Below are positions 1-10,472 of a stretch of DNA of 27,651 nt, in pieces. The position numbers were made by a program, and so were the translations under genes. Under the pieces are notes generated by a model. It was not told where the DNA came from. It saw only the letters and a program-made list of their open reading frames with translations, and ran no database searches. Numbering within the stretch: position 1 is the first letter of the stretch; every line of letters starts with the position of its first letter. This DNA comes from Octopus sinensis (taxonomy: Eukaryota), in assembly GCF_006345805.1 (NCBI RefSeq), contig NW_021827561.1, forward strand, positions 1 through 27,651, in the 5' to 3' direction.

Positions 1-1
1 C

Positions 2-232
2 GTGTACTTTCTGTACGCCTGTGTTTATGCAGTCAACATATTCAGTGATATCCCACTGCGGTGTCACATTTCACCAATTAGAGAAAGATACACACATTCA
101 GATGAAAGAGATCACAACTACAACAACAACAACAACAGTAGCACCAGCAACACCAGCAGTCGGCCATTTTCTCGGTGCCATCAACAACGACATCTCTCAG
201 AAAATAGCCGACACTATATAATCTCTCTCTAA
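2..232 (+). other. Open reading frame running in from the window edge; possible exon end or UTR, unresolved
   Basis: Two + frames (from positions 2 and 3) stay open for about 72-76 codons in non-repeat sequence. No recognisable domain and no upstream context. All three minus frames are closed. Confidence 0.15.
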
Positions 233-289
233 TTCGCTAATCGTAATTGATGAGACAGATGATACTCTGGTGGTATGAAGAAAAAGAAG

Positions 290-467
290 GGCGGAGGGGA
301 GGAAGAGGAGTTGAATGAGTGGTGGAGGTAAAAAAGAAGAGGAAGAGGAGAAGAAGAGGAGAAGGAGAAGAAGAAGAAGAAGAAGAAGAAGAAGAAAAAG
401 TTGAAAAAGAAGAGAAAGAAGTAGAAGACGTACACATAGAAGCAACGAAAAGGAAAAGAAGGAGCAT

Positions 468-519
<52 letters not shown>

Positions 520-570
520 GGAGATTGTAGCTGTTGTTGGTTGTGGTGTTGGTGGGGGGGTCTGACGATA

Positions 571-603
<33 letters not shown>

Positions 604-778
604 GTGGCGATGATAATGTTGATGATGTTGATCAGAAGGGATAGGAGTAGGAGCTCGAGGGGGAGGAGGAGGAGGACGTAGAAGAGCGGAGAGGATACCT
701 CTTCCTACATTTGTTTTTGTAACCGTTGTTTCGGGAGAAGTAAAGAAAAATGTTCATAAACAATCAATAATGGCAACA

Positions 779-839
<61 letters not shown>

Positions 840-1000
840 AACAGAGACAGAGAGACAGAGAGACAGAGAGAGAGACAGAGAGAGAGACAGAGAGAGACAG
901 GGAGAGAGACAGAGAGAGAGAGACAGAGAGAAAGGGTGATAAATTGAAGGGAGAGAGAAACGCAGTAAGGAGAGATGGGAGAGAGAGAGAGAAGGGAGAG
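290..1000. repeat. Purine-rich compound microsatellite block (GAA, GAAA, GAT, GGA, GA, GACA)
   Basis: Directly visible tandem arrays. Confidence 0.95.
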
Positions 1001-1360
1001 GAGGATCTGATGATGGAGTAAAACCGCGAAACTAACTACTCAGAGTCGCTATCAGAAGAAAGCACAATAATTAAATTAGGGTCAAGATATTTAATGCAGT
1101 GAGCGAAATATAAACAAAAAAAAAGCTCAATTATTAAAATTTCCTAAATGTCGTTGCTATTGTTACGGTTGTCATCGTTACTGCTGTTGTTTTAATTAAT
1201 CAAAATTACATCATTACTGATGAGAGCAATCGTTGTCTAAACCACTAATTCTTGTTCAGATAGACAGGGGAGACAACCTTAAAATTTTTTATTCATGAAA
1301 CTTAATAAAATATAGAATAAAGCGGAGGAAGTCTAATCTTCAGCATTAAGATAAAAACAA

Positions 1361-1402
1361 CTACTTACGTGTTTCGGTGATATTTGGACCTCGTCAGTGA
1401 AA
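1361..1402 (-). ncRNA. Minimal type-I hammerhead-ribozyme-like motif (Penelope type)
   Basis: Minus strand reads CTGACGA-GGT-ccaaatatc-ACC-GAAAC-AC-GTA: intact core, 3-bp stem II with the G10.1-C11.1 pair, short stem III and a GUA site. Stem I is poor. Confidence 0.55.
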
Positions 1403-1633
1403 CGTAACTCTAACGTTACATGCTTCGTGTAGGTGGTAGCAGAGTGAAAGTTTTGAGAGGATGACCCTATAAAGAGCAGAGTTCGAACTGGAGCTGTGGT
1501 GAATCTGAATCCCCAACAAATAAATAAATGAAACGGAAGACCAGCAAAAAGCCTCTATATAATTGCTTAGCATGCTAGAAATAGCAGTCAAATATTTCAC
1601 ACCCTACTGTCTTTAAAAGTAGTAAACATTGAA

Positions 1634-2400
1634 AAATATCTGGAACACATTACATCTGAAAAATAAGGCTCTCCTCATCCTCGACAATGCTCCTGCTTGC
1701 CCTCCAAACCACGAATATGATATCCTGGACGAAATTAAATTTATGAAAGTTCTGTACCTTTCACGCAACACCGCGGACTAACAGCCCATGGAGCAACAGG
1801 TGATTTCTAATTTTAAAAATTGTACACCAAACACCTGTTTCGTCAGTGCTTTGAAATCACTGAAAGTTTTGGTGCGTTTTGGAAGGAGCACTACAACATT
1901 GTAAACTGCCTGAAAATAATCGATATGGCCTGGCAGGGTGTAACGAGGAGAACGCTGAATTCTGCATGGAGGAAACTGTGGCCTGACTGCGTATCCTAAA
2001 GAGATTTCAAAAGGTTTGAGTCTGAGACACCTGTAGTCGAGGAGATAGTGTCTCTTGGTAAGTCCATGGGCCTCGAGGTTGATAATGGGGACATTAACGA
2101 TTTCGTCGTGGAAGACTCAGAGAAGCAGACGACAGATGAACTCCTGCAGCTTCAGAAGCAGTAGCATTTTAATGCGGTGGAAGAGATTGGTTCCCCGGAG
2201 GAGGAGAGTGTAGCAGGGAATGTCATCTCAACGGGTGATATAAAGGCAGTTTTGGCTAAGTGGCAGGGTGTTTCTGAATTTGTAGAATAATATCATCCTG
2301 AAAAAGTAGCTACAGGTCGTGTGGCTGCTTTATTTAATGAGTCTGCTCTGACGCATTTTCATAACATTCTGAAAGGCAAGAATAGCAAACTCTTCATATA
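1634..2400 (+). pseudogene. Pogo/Tigger DDD transposase remnant (TIGD1-like)
   Basis: Translates KALLILDNAPACPP..KVLYLSRNT..*QPMEQQVISNFK, then after a frameshift near 1817 LYTKHLFRQCFE..FWKEHYNIVNCLKIIDMAWQGVTRRTLNSAWRKLWPD..VEEIVSLGKSMGLEVD. Stops at 1779, 1997, 2162 and 2288. The catalytic QPMDQ motif is mutated to QPMEQ. Confidence 0.92.
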
Positions 2401-2838
2401 TTACTAATGAAATGAACTGCAAGTGTAAAAAGTGAAGAAAGGGTATCTAAAAAGGGTATCGGAGAAAGAAAACGCCAGAAATTGTTCTTCCTGAAATTTT
2501 AATGGAAGATTCTCCTTCCAAATAGTAATCCTCCTCCTACTTACCTCTCTATCGTCATCCTCGCACATAAATTGTCCCATTCTTAAGGTGATTCAGTTAA
2601 TAAAACCAGTTTACATATTTCTTTTACATTCTCTTTTTTATAATTGTCATTGTATTTGTAACTACACCTTTTCTGTCTTAAGACTCAAACAATTATCTTT
2701 GGGGTGGTTCTGCGGGGCTGGAGCAGATTAATTGTATTTCAGTTAATTTCAATGGAGAAAATTGATTTGTAAAACGAGTAAATCGTAAAACGACCACGAT
2801 CATAGACCGGATTAAACTCGTACTGCGAGGTATCACTA
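1634..2838 (+). mobile_element. 5'-truncated, decayed Tigger/pogo-like DNA transposon
   Basis: Transposase remnant followed by a 3' end ...actcgtactgcgaggtatcact(a)|TA that resembles a Tigger TIR plus TA target site. Subterminal aaaacgag/aaaacgac repeats are present. No 5' TIR seen. Confidence 0.9.
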
Positions 2839-2840
2839 TA

Positions 2841-3038
<198 letters not shown>

Positions 3039-3236
3039 TTCTTTTATTTTCTATTCTTTTATTTGTTTCAGTCATTTGACTGCGGCCATACTGGAACACC
3101 GCATTTAGTCGAGCAAATCGATCCCAGGACTTATTCTTTGTGAGCCTAGTACCTCTCCTATCGGTCTCTTTTGCAGAACTGCTACGTTACGGGGACGTAA
3201 ACACACCAACATCGGTTGTCAAGCAATGATGGGGGA

Positions 3237-3333
<97 letters not shown>

Positions 3334-3477
3334 ACGACGGACTGCTTTCAGTTTTCGTCTACCATACCCACTCATAAGGCTTTGGTCGGTCCGAAGCTAT
3401 AGTAGAAGACATTGGCCCAAGGTGCCACTCAGTGGGACTGTGGTTTTTAAGTAAGCTACTTACCACACAGCCATGCC
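3039..3477 (-). mobile_element. SINE family A (tRNA head, CORE-like segment, internal microsatellite)
   Basis: Reverse complement of the consensus GGCGTAGGAGTGGCTGTGTGGTAAG...CCTTGGGCAAGTGTCTTCTACTATAGCC...[microsatellite]...CAGTCAAATGACTGAAACAA seen in about 9 copies in the window. Short deletion in the head. Confidence 0.9.
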
Positions 3478-3546
3478 ATATATACAAAACAAGAGAGAAG
3501 ATGGAGATAAGATTAATAGAATTTTATTAACATTGATAAGACTACA

Positions 3547-3656
3547 CCTACAATTGTTTCAATTCATCACTTGCAGCATAAAAATTAATCAAATTTAATT
3601 TAATTTAATTTAATTAATTTGGTTAATTACTACAAGTAAGAATATCTTCAGGGAAG
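3547..3656 (-). ncRNA. Hammerhead-ribozyme-like motif with long stem II
   Basis: Minus strand: cttcc-CTGAAGA-T-ATTC-t-TACTTGTAG...CTGCAAGTG-at-GAAT-T-GAAAC-AATT-GTA-gg. Palindromic stem III ACAATTGT. Homologous to 16924-17018. Confidence 0.65.
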
Positions 3657-3818
3657 GATTACATAGAAATTTATCATACTTAAAAGAAAATGAAAGCATA
3701 AAAACGGGAAGAATATATAGTGTCCCATTATAGTTTAAAATATATATACACCGTTATAAAAATAGATATAGTTATGAACATATATTGTTAGTCATAAATT
3801 AGTATAAATAAGCCTTTG

Positions 3819-4025
3819 TACTCTAGGAATAAGGCCCGAAAATTTTGAGGAGGGGCCAGTCGATTAGATCGACACCAGTACGCAAGTGATACCTAATTTA
3901 TCGACCCCGAAAGGATGAAAGGCAAAGTCGAGCTTGGTGGAATTTGAACTCAGAACGTAAAGACAGACGAAATATCGCTAAGCGTTTCGCCCGGTGTGTT
4001 AACATTTCTGCCAGTTTGCCGCCTT
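3819..4025 (-). mobile_element. SINE family B
   Basis: Reverse complement of AAGGCGGTGAGCTGGCAGAA...GTTCTGAGTTCAAATTCC...CTTTGCCTTTCATCCTTTCGGGGTCGATAAA; many copies in the window. Confidence 0.9.
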
Positions 4026-4048
4026 AATTAATATAAATAATGGTAATG

Positions 4049-4092
4049 CAGACATACCCATGCGAAATTTCGCATGGGCATGTCTGTTTAGT
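4049..4092 (+). repeat. 38-bp near-perfect palindrome; candidate Helitron 3' hairpin
   Basis: cagacatacccatgcgaaatttcgcatgggcatgtctg has one mismatch and is followed by TTAG|T, a CTAG|T-like end. Confidence 0.5.
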
Positions 4093-4109
4093 TCTTAGTT
4101 TAATCTTTG

Positions 4110-4240
4110 ATATGTATGCATGAATGTATGTATGAATGTATGTATGAATGTATGTATGTATGTATGTATGTATGTATGTATGTATGTATGTATGTATGTA
4201 TGTATGTATGTATGTATGCATGCATGTATCTATGTGTGTG

Positions 4241-4307
<67 letters not shown>

Positions 4308-4328
4308 TATATATGTATGTATATATAT
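4110..4328. repeat. (TATG)n/(TA)n microsatellite
   Basis: Directly visible. Confidence 0.95.
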
Positions 4329-4512
4329 GGTTAGCTGGCAGAATCGTTTCAGCGCTGGACAAAATGCTGACCGGCATTTAGCCCGTCTTCCCGTTCTGGT
4401 CTTTCATCCTTTTAGGGTCGTTACAGTAGCTATTAGTTGAACACTGGGGTCCATGTAATCGACTTATCCCCTCCTCTAAAATTGCTGGGTTTGTACCAAA
4501 ATTTGGACCTAA
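4329..4512 (+). mobile_element. SINE family B, degenerate with internal deletion
   Basis: ggttagctggcagaatcg...ctttcatccttttagggtcg...cactggggtccatgtaatcgactt. Confidence 0.8.
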
Positions 4513-4532
4513 TACAGAGAGACATTCAAGTG

Positions 4533-4868
4533 TTATTGCATAACTGCAACTCTACCGTTAGAAAGAGGATTGCTACCCTGTGAGTAAGTGACACTGTAAA
4601 TAGGTGTGTAAAGCAAGAGCGTTGGCTGTTTCTTGGCTTCCTTCTCCGTTCCCAGCGCCAGATTTATTATTCCTACTTTATAGTCTTGTCCAACAGAGTA
4701 GACCTTTTGCCAAACATCAGCTTGAGACGTTTAAAAATTACCCTTGGAGGGAAGATGAAACCTTTCACTTTCCTTGGTGAAGCAGAGGTATATCACTGCT
4801 GTCTTTTCTATTTTCTTGACGAAGTGCTCGGGCAAAGAAGTATCGGCTTTTGTGACATACGTCGCCCA
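4533..4868 (-). mobile_element. Decayed non-LTR retrotransposon ORF1 N-terminal remnant (L1/Tx1-like)
   Basis: WATYVTK..KIEKTAVIYLCFTKESERFHLPSKGNF*..VWQKVYSVGQDYKVGIINLALGTEKEAKKQPTLLLYTPIYSV, with one in-frame stop. Shares a motif with the 7700-8700 remnant. Family assignment is from recollection. Confidence 0.55.
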
Positions 4869-5445
4869 TTGTTTATCATTCCCGGCCTTTTTGTTTGGTC
4901 CATGTCCTTCTATTCACTAGTGACGTTGGCAAAAAGTTGTTCGCGTTGATTTCGATACCTTTATTATCAATGCCAGCCCCGTTGGCTATGTTATTGTTCA
5001 CGCTGTTATTTTTGTTTTTCTGCAGTTGTCGTTATTATTATTTGTTATCAGAAATATCTTTAAGGGATCGTTCTCTTCTACCCCTCTCCATAAGGATGTT
5101 GCTACCATTATTATTACAAACCCCTCATACTACTACCACAGAAATTTACAGCTATTACAAAAAAAGTTACATAAATACAGCCACGAAAAAAAGCATATTT
5201 TTCCAAAATGTCTAATCGATAAAAAAAAAGTTGCAATAAAGTAATTTTTGTACTCTTTAAACCGAGAGAAAATTAAATTTTAAAATTTTATCTCCTTCAA
5301 ACTGTCAAACTTACATATATACTCACATACACATACACACGCGCGCACACACACGGATACACGAATACACTTTAGACAGTAATCCATTTTTTATTACACC
5401 ATACCTCAAGGGAGATCCAAACACTTCAGACTGATTTTAAACCAA

Positions 5446-5450
5446 TAATA

Positions 5451-5513
<63 letters not shown>

Positions 5514-5642
5514 TTTCTTTCTGTATTAGCCACAAAGAAAATGCAGAAATATAGAAAAATACAAATGAACCTTAAACCAGAGATTTACAGAGACGAGGTG
5601 GGAGCTGAAAAGCATACAATATATAAATGGGTTGATTGATTA

Positions 5643-5706
<64 letters not shown>
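5446..5706. repeat. (AAT)n and (TAG)n microsatellites
   Basis: Directly visible arrays at about 5446-5510 and 5642-5706. Confidence 0.95.
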
Positions 5707-5707
<1 letters not shown>

Positions 5708-5814
5708 ACAGAAAAGAGGAATTTCGATTATCCTCTCGTGGTGAGTTGTAATGTATATAAGAAATTAAAAAAGGAAAATACGCACACTTACATAGTTCTA
5801 ATATAATTTTTAAT

Positions 5815-5849
5815 ATATCGACCGGTTTCGCTATCGCTATTCATGATAT
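5815..5849 (-). ncRNA. Degenerate minimal hammerhead remnant
   Basis: Minus strand: ATATC-aTGAAtA-GC-gata-GC-GAAAC-CG-GTC-GATAT. Perfect 5-bp stem I, palindromic ACCGGT stem III and GUC site, but two core substitutions (C3, G8). Confidence 0.55.
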
Positions 5850-5942
5850 TATGTTTTACTTATTTGAATATATATTTTTTCTTTATAAGAAATTTTGTCC
5901 ATGTTGTGTGTGATGAAATTCGCGAGTGAATGACTTCACAAG

Positions 5943-5990
<48 letters not shown>

Positions 5991-6182
5991 ACACACACAC
6001 ACACACAACACACACACATATATATATATATATATACTTTCAAATACGTTTATGGTAACGTTAAGGGTATGTAAATAAAGCTATTTCATTATACCGGCTA
6101 TCGTCTAATGAGTCAGTTTTCTTCGGGGGTTGCATCATGGTTATATGGATATAATTTAGGATAAATATAGTAATAACAACAG

Positions 6183-6357
6183 CAATACTTCTAGGAAGGA
6201 ATTTATAAATATTTAATACATTACTACGTGCGTTTCCACAAATCATATGACTTCAACATTAACGGACTCTGATACAGACTCTGTTAAAGCCATGTGATTT
6301 GTGGAAACGCGCGTAACGATGTATTAAATATTTATAAATTCCACCCTAGAATTATTG
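6183..6357. repeat. Foldback inverted repeat (75-bp arms, 65/75 identical, 25-bp spacer)
   Basis: 6183-6257 is the reverse complement of 6283-6357. The arms carry GAAACGCGCGTA and GAAACGCACGTA. Confidence 0.9.
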
Positions 6358-6378
6358 TTATTATCATTATTATCATTA

Positions 6379-6429
<51 letters not shown>

Positions 6430-6455
6430 CATCATCATCAATCATCATCATCATC

Positions 6456-6500
<45 letters not shown>

Positions 6501-6505
6501 TATTA

Positions 6506-6544
<39 letters not shown>
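6358..6544. repeat. (ATT)n-(ATC)n-(ATT)n microsatellite
   Basis: Directly visible. Confidence 0.95.
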
Positions 6545-6938
6545 GGCGCGGGCGTGGCTGTGTGGTTAGTTGCTTGCTTCCCAACCACGTTGTTCCGTGT
6601 TCAGTTCCACTGCGTGGCACCTAGAGCGAGTGTCTTCTACTACAGCCTCGGACCGACCAAAGCCTTGTGAGTGGGTTTGGTAGATGGAAACTGAAAGAAG
6701 TCCTTCGTATATATGTATATATCCATGTGTGATCATTGTGTCTGTACCTCTTCCGCCCATCACTGCTGGTGCTGGTATGTTTACGCGCCCGTAACGTAGC
6801 GGTTCGGCAAAAGAGTCCGATAGAATAAGTACTGAGCTTTAAAAAATAAGTCCTGGGGTCGATTTGTTCCACTAAACCCCTTCGAGGCTATACTCCAACA
6901 TGGCCGCAGTCAAATGAATGAAACAAGTAAAAGAATAA
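6545..6938 (+). mobile_element. SINE family A, near full length
   Basis: A box TGGCTGTGTGG, B box GTTCAGTTCC, CORE-like segment and tail cagtcaaatgaatgaaacaag. Confidence 0.9.
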
Positions 6939-7080
6939 GGTGAGAGAAAACTACTGGGTCGAGTTTCTAGCTCCCTCCATACCTAGCACTCTGTCATTAT
7001 TCGTATTGCTGTTACGTGCACCGAAAAGTATCCGTTAACATCTTTCGAGTTGGCAGGAATAAATAATGTATTTAACATAA

Positions 7081-7249
7081 CGCAGGAGCGGCTGTGTGGT
7101 AAGTAGCTTACTTACCAACCACATGGCTCCGGATTCAGTCCCACTGCGTGGCACCTTGGGCAAATGTCCTCTACTATAGCCTCAGGCCGACCAAAGCCTT
7201 GTGAGTGGATTTGGTAGATGGAAACTGAAAGAAACCCGTCGTATGTATG

Positions 7250-7322
<73 letters not shown>

Positions 7323-7571
7323 TTATTTACTTATTTATGTATATGTGTGTGTGTATATGTTTGTGTGTCTGTGTTTGTCCCCCCACAACATCGCTTGACA
7401 ACCGATGCTGGTGTGTTTACGTCCTCGTAACTTAGCGGTTCGGCAAAAAGGGTCTGATAGAATAAGTACTAATCTTACAAAGAATAAGTCCTGGAGTCGA
7501 TTTGCTCGGCTAAAGGTGGTGCTCCAGCAGGGCCGCAGTCAAATGACTGAAACAAGTGAAAGAATAAAAGA
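7081..7571 (+). mobile_element. SINE family A, full length with expanded internal (TA)n
   Basis: Matches the family consensus from head to tail. Confidence 0.92.
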
Positions 7572-7699
7572 GTATAACATTGTTTCAGTTTGTAGCGACA
7601 TCTTTGTATTGCTTTTACTCACAAATTATTCTTTGTTTGTCTTTCACATTACTGCTGCAACTTTTAAACGTAATTTTTTTTGCATCACTCTCATATCTA

Positions 7700-8700
7700 T
7701 AGCATCATAGAGATGTGGTTTTGTCTATTAGTTGTTGGTCTGATCCTCGAAGGTCAGTGAATCTCGGTTCATCGTCCTCCTTTTCAACTTTCCTATTATT
7801 CTTAGGAGGAATATGATTTTTTAAAAAGAGGTTGTTCCTGTTCAGTTGTTTTCTCTTGCTGTTGACTCTAATTTTTGTGACTTTTCCTCCATTTCTTTCC
7901 TTTCGTATTTGCCTCGAGAGGTTAAAGACGTTTCTTTGCAATCATTATCTCTTTCTCTTCACTCAACGAAGGATTGATGCTGCTTGCTGTTACTGTTAGG
8001 AGACGCAGCGTCTGCTCACTTGTTTGAAAAACTGGGCACAAGGTGATATCTTCCGCCATTCCCAGAGCTATGACTGATAGTATTCTGGAAAGAGGTTGGT
8101 GGGGCTTGTCGTTCTTGTTGCTATCACGGCTGTTCTCCACTGCTTTCCTTTCTCTTTTCCTTTTCTGCAGAAAAGCACTCAAGTGGTTCTTAATACCATA
8201 TATACACCGAAGACACATTTTGCTCTGCAATATCAGTCTCATACCGTTTTGTATTGGCGCCCTCAAATGGATACAGCCTTACGGTGATATTATGACCTCG
8301 GAAATCATTAGGACCTTCAAATTCATTTTGACATTCTCTCACCATATCGTTTCTCGTAAGCTTTGCTTAAACTACCACCCATACTGGAATACAACAGTAA
8401 TGATTAGACTTGGATCCACATCGTTTCCAATATACCTTATTATCACTTTTGTATTGCTTTGCCTCATACACTGGAGCATAAGCGTATAGGTGGAGGTATA
8501 TCAAACAATTTCAGTTTGTATTTTGGCTGAGTTTTCGTTCTTGGGTGTGTAACAGATAGTACCGTACTCACTCCTCTTCAGTTGAGAGAATTGCTCAAGA
8601 AATTTCGTGAGACACTTATTATTACTGTTGCTTCGTCGATAGTTGGATATCGTTGTCTTGCTTTTTAAGAGAGGCACTGTCTAGTTCTGCAAAATTTTCC
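7700..8700 (-). mobile_element. Decayed non-LTR retrotransposon ORF1 (RRM-like region plus degenerate zinc knuckle)
   Basis: Minus frame with stops: ..RSEYGTICYTPKNENSAKIQTEIV*YTSTYTLML..KVIIRYIGNDVDPSLIITVVFQYG..RETIW..APIQNGMRLIL..CLRCIYGIKNHLSAF, then a K/E-rich tail. This architecture resembles L1/Tx1 ORF1. Confidence 0.55.
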
Positions 8701-10319
8701 CAAATATTTTTTCTCGGAACAGTCTAAATTCCCAAAATTTTGTACATTATCATAAGAGAGGCAAAACTAGTTTCTTGAACGCAACTACTATATACGAACA
8801 ATTTAACATGTCTGTCTGTGTGCGAATGTTTTGTTGTTATTATTGCTATCTTCAAAATTATTTGTTATCTGTTCGAAATATTTTTTCTGTCTTCGTTCAT
8901 TAATTTCTTCTTGTTCATTTTATGCAATTTGCTTTGTGCTGTCTCTTTTTCATCTTTTTGTTGTTGTAATGTTTTGCTTTGTACTGCATGTGCGATTTTG
9001 TTATGAAATATGGTCAAAATGAACAAGCAAATAAAGTCAACAAAAGCAAGACTTCTTTTTTTAGTTGCCTACTGATATCAGTGGTAGGCTGTCCTTAAGA
9101 AACTAAAAAAAAATTTTTTTTGGCATGTACTCCAAAGTAATTTTCATTTGATAATGCTTAAAATAAAGTCGTAATCACAGGGGAAGGAGAAAGTAGGATA
9201 ATAATAATATTAATAATAATAATAACAACAACAACAACAATAATAATAATAATAACAATAACAGCAACGATAGTAGGAATATTAACAATAATGAAGCACC
9301 ATTACACTTGTAAACTGAGAAAACTCTCTAAATTCCGAGCGTGTTGGCCTTTCACTATTTTAAATTGACGAAAACACTTTATATTTTATTTAATAATTTT
9401 CTTTCTTGAACATAAGTCTGTTCTACAGTGTTAAGAAAATATGCTTAGATCTGTATTAATCATGGTAATCTATATATACAGCAACATCTCTCTGAGGTTT
9501 TGGCTTGTAGACAAGTTGATTTGATCTTTAAAATGAAAAGGTTAAACTTACGTTAGCCATAACTCACAAATTATGGACGAGATAAATTAGGAATGTTAAA
9601 CAAAGAGGAAATAGCTAACAGTTCCACAATCTATCGCATCTTCACCACTCATTCTTGGCTTCTTTCTCCTCCGCCACTGTATAATAATTCTCTCACCCCA
9701 TCCCCCCTCTATCTCGCGCGCTCTCTCTCAATCTATCTATCTGTTTATCTATCTCTCTATCTAGCGATCTCTCACTATCCATCTCATTTTCATCCATTCA
9801 TGGTTTATTTCTCTCAAACACTATATAGTAACTCTCTCTCTATCTCTCTCTCTCTCTCTCTTTCTCTCTCCCTATTTATTTATCTATCTATCGTCCACCG
9901 ACTCTCTTTCTCTCTCACACAGTTCGTTCTTTTCTTCTCCTTTTCATCTCTCTTTCTTCTCTTTACACAATAACTAACACGCCATATTTGATCTGCAGCC
10001 AGTTATCTTCACCCACTTCTTCCGACCAACTTAAGCAACAAGGACTACCTTGAGTTATATTAACAGAACGCTGCTTTTTCGATGCTTCTATCTCACGATT
10101 CCCCCCGCCATTGTTTTACCATTGCTCTCCTTAATATTCTCCTTCACCACGCATCTTGTCATCAAATACCTTTCTCTTTCTCTCTCAATCACGCCTTTTC
10201 TCTCTTTTTATGCGTGTGTATGTGTGTGTGTGTGTTTGTGTTAAATTATTGGCGAAACAAGTTCGCTCTTATTTGTCGAAGAATAAATTTCACTTGCATT
10301 GGTCATTCTGCCAAAGATG

Positions 10320-10426
10320 CATGTATGTATGTATGTGCTTATGTTTATATATATGAATGTATGTATATGTATGCATGTAGGCATGCATGTGTGCGTATGT
10401 GTGTATATATGTGTAAGTATATATAT

Positions 10427-10472
<46 letters not shown>

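Noticed and set aside
1007-1040. CTGATGA...GAAAC on + resembling a hammerhead
   Set aside because: Stem II is out of register and there is no stem III or NUH site; likely chance.
1217-1305. CTGATGA...GAAAC on + with an internal 7-bp stem
   Set aside because: No closing pair at the base of stem II and no valid stem III.
4686-5244. + ORFs of 72-106 aa
   Set aside because: They are antisense to the first LINE ORF1 remnant and its presumed 5' region, with no domain.
8043-8489. 148-aa hydrophobic + ORF that looks membrane-like
   Set aside because: It is antisense to the LINE ORF1 remnant and begins at a non-ATG codon; best explained as a shadow frame.
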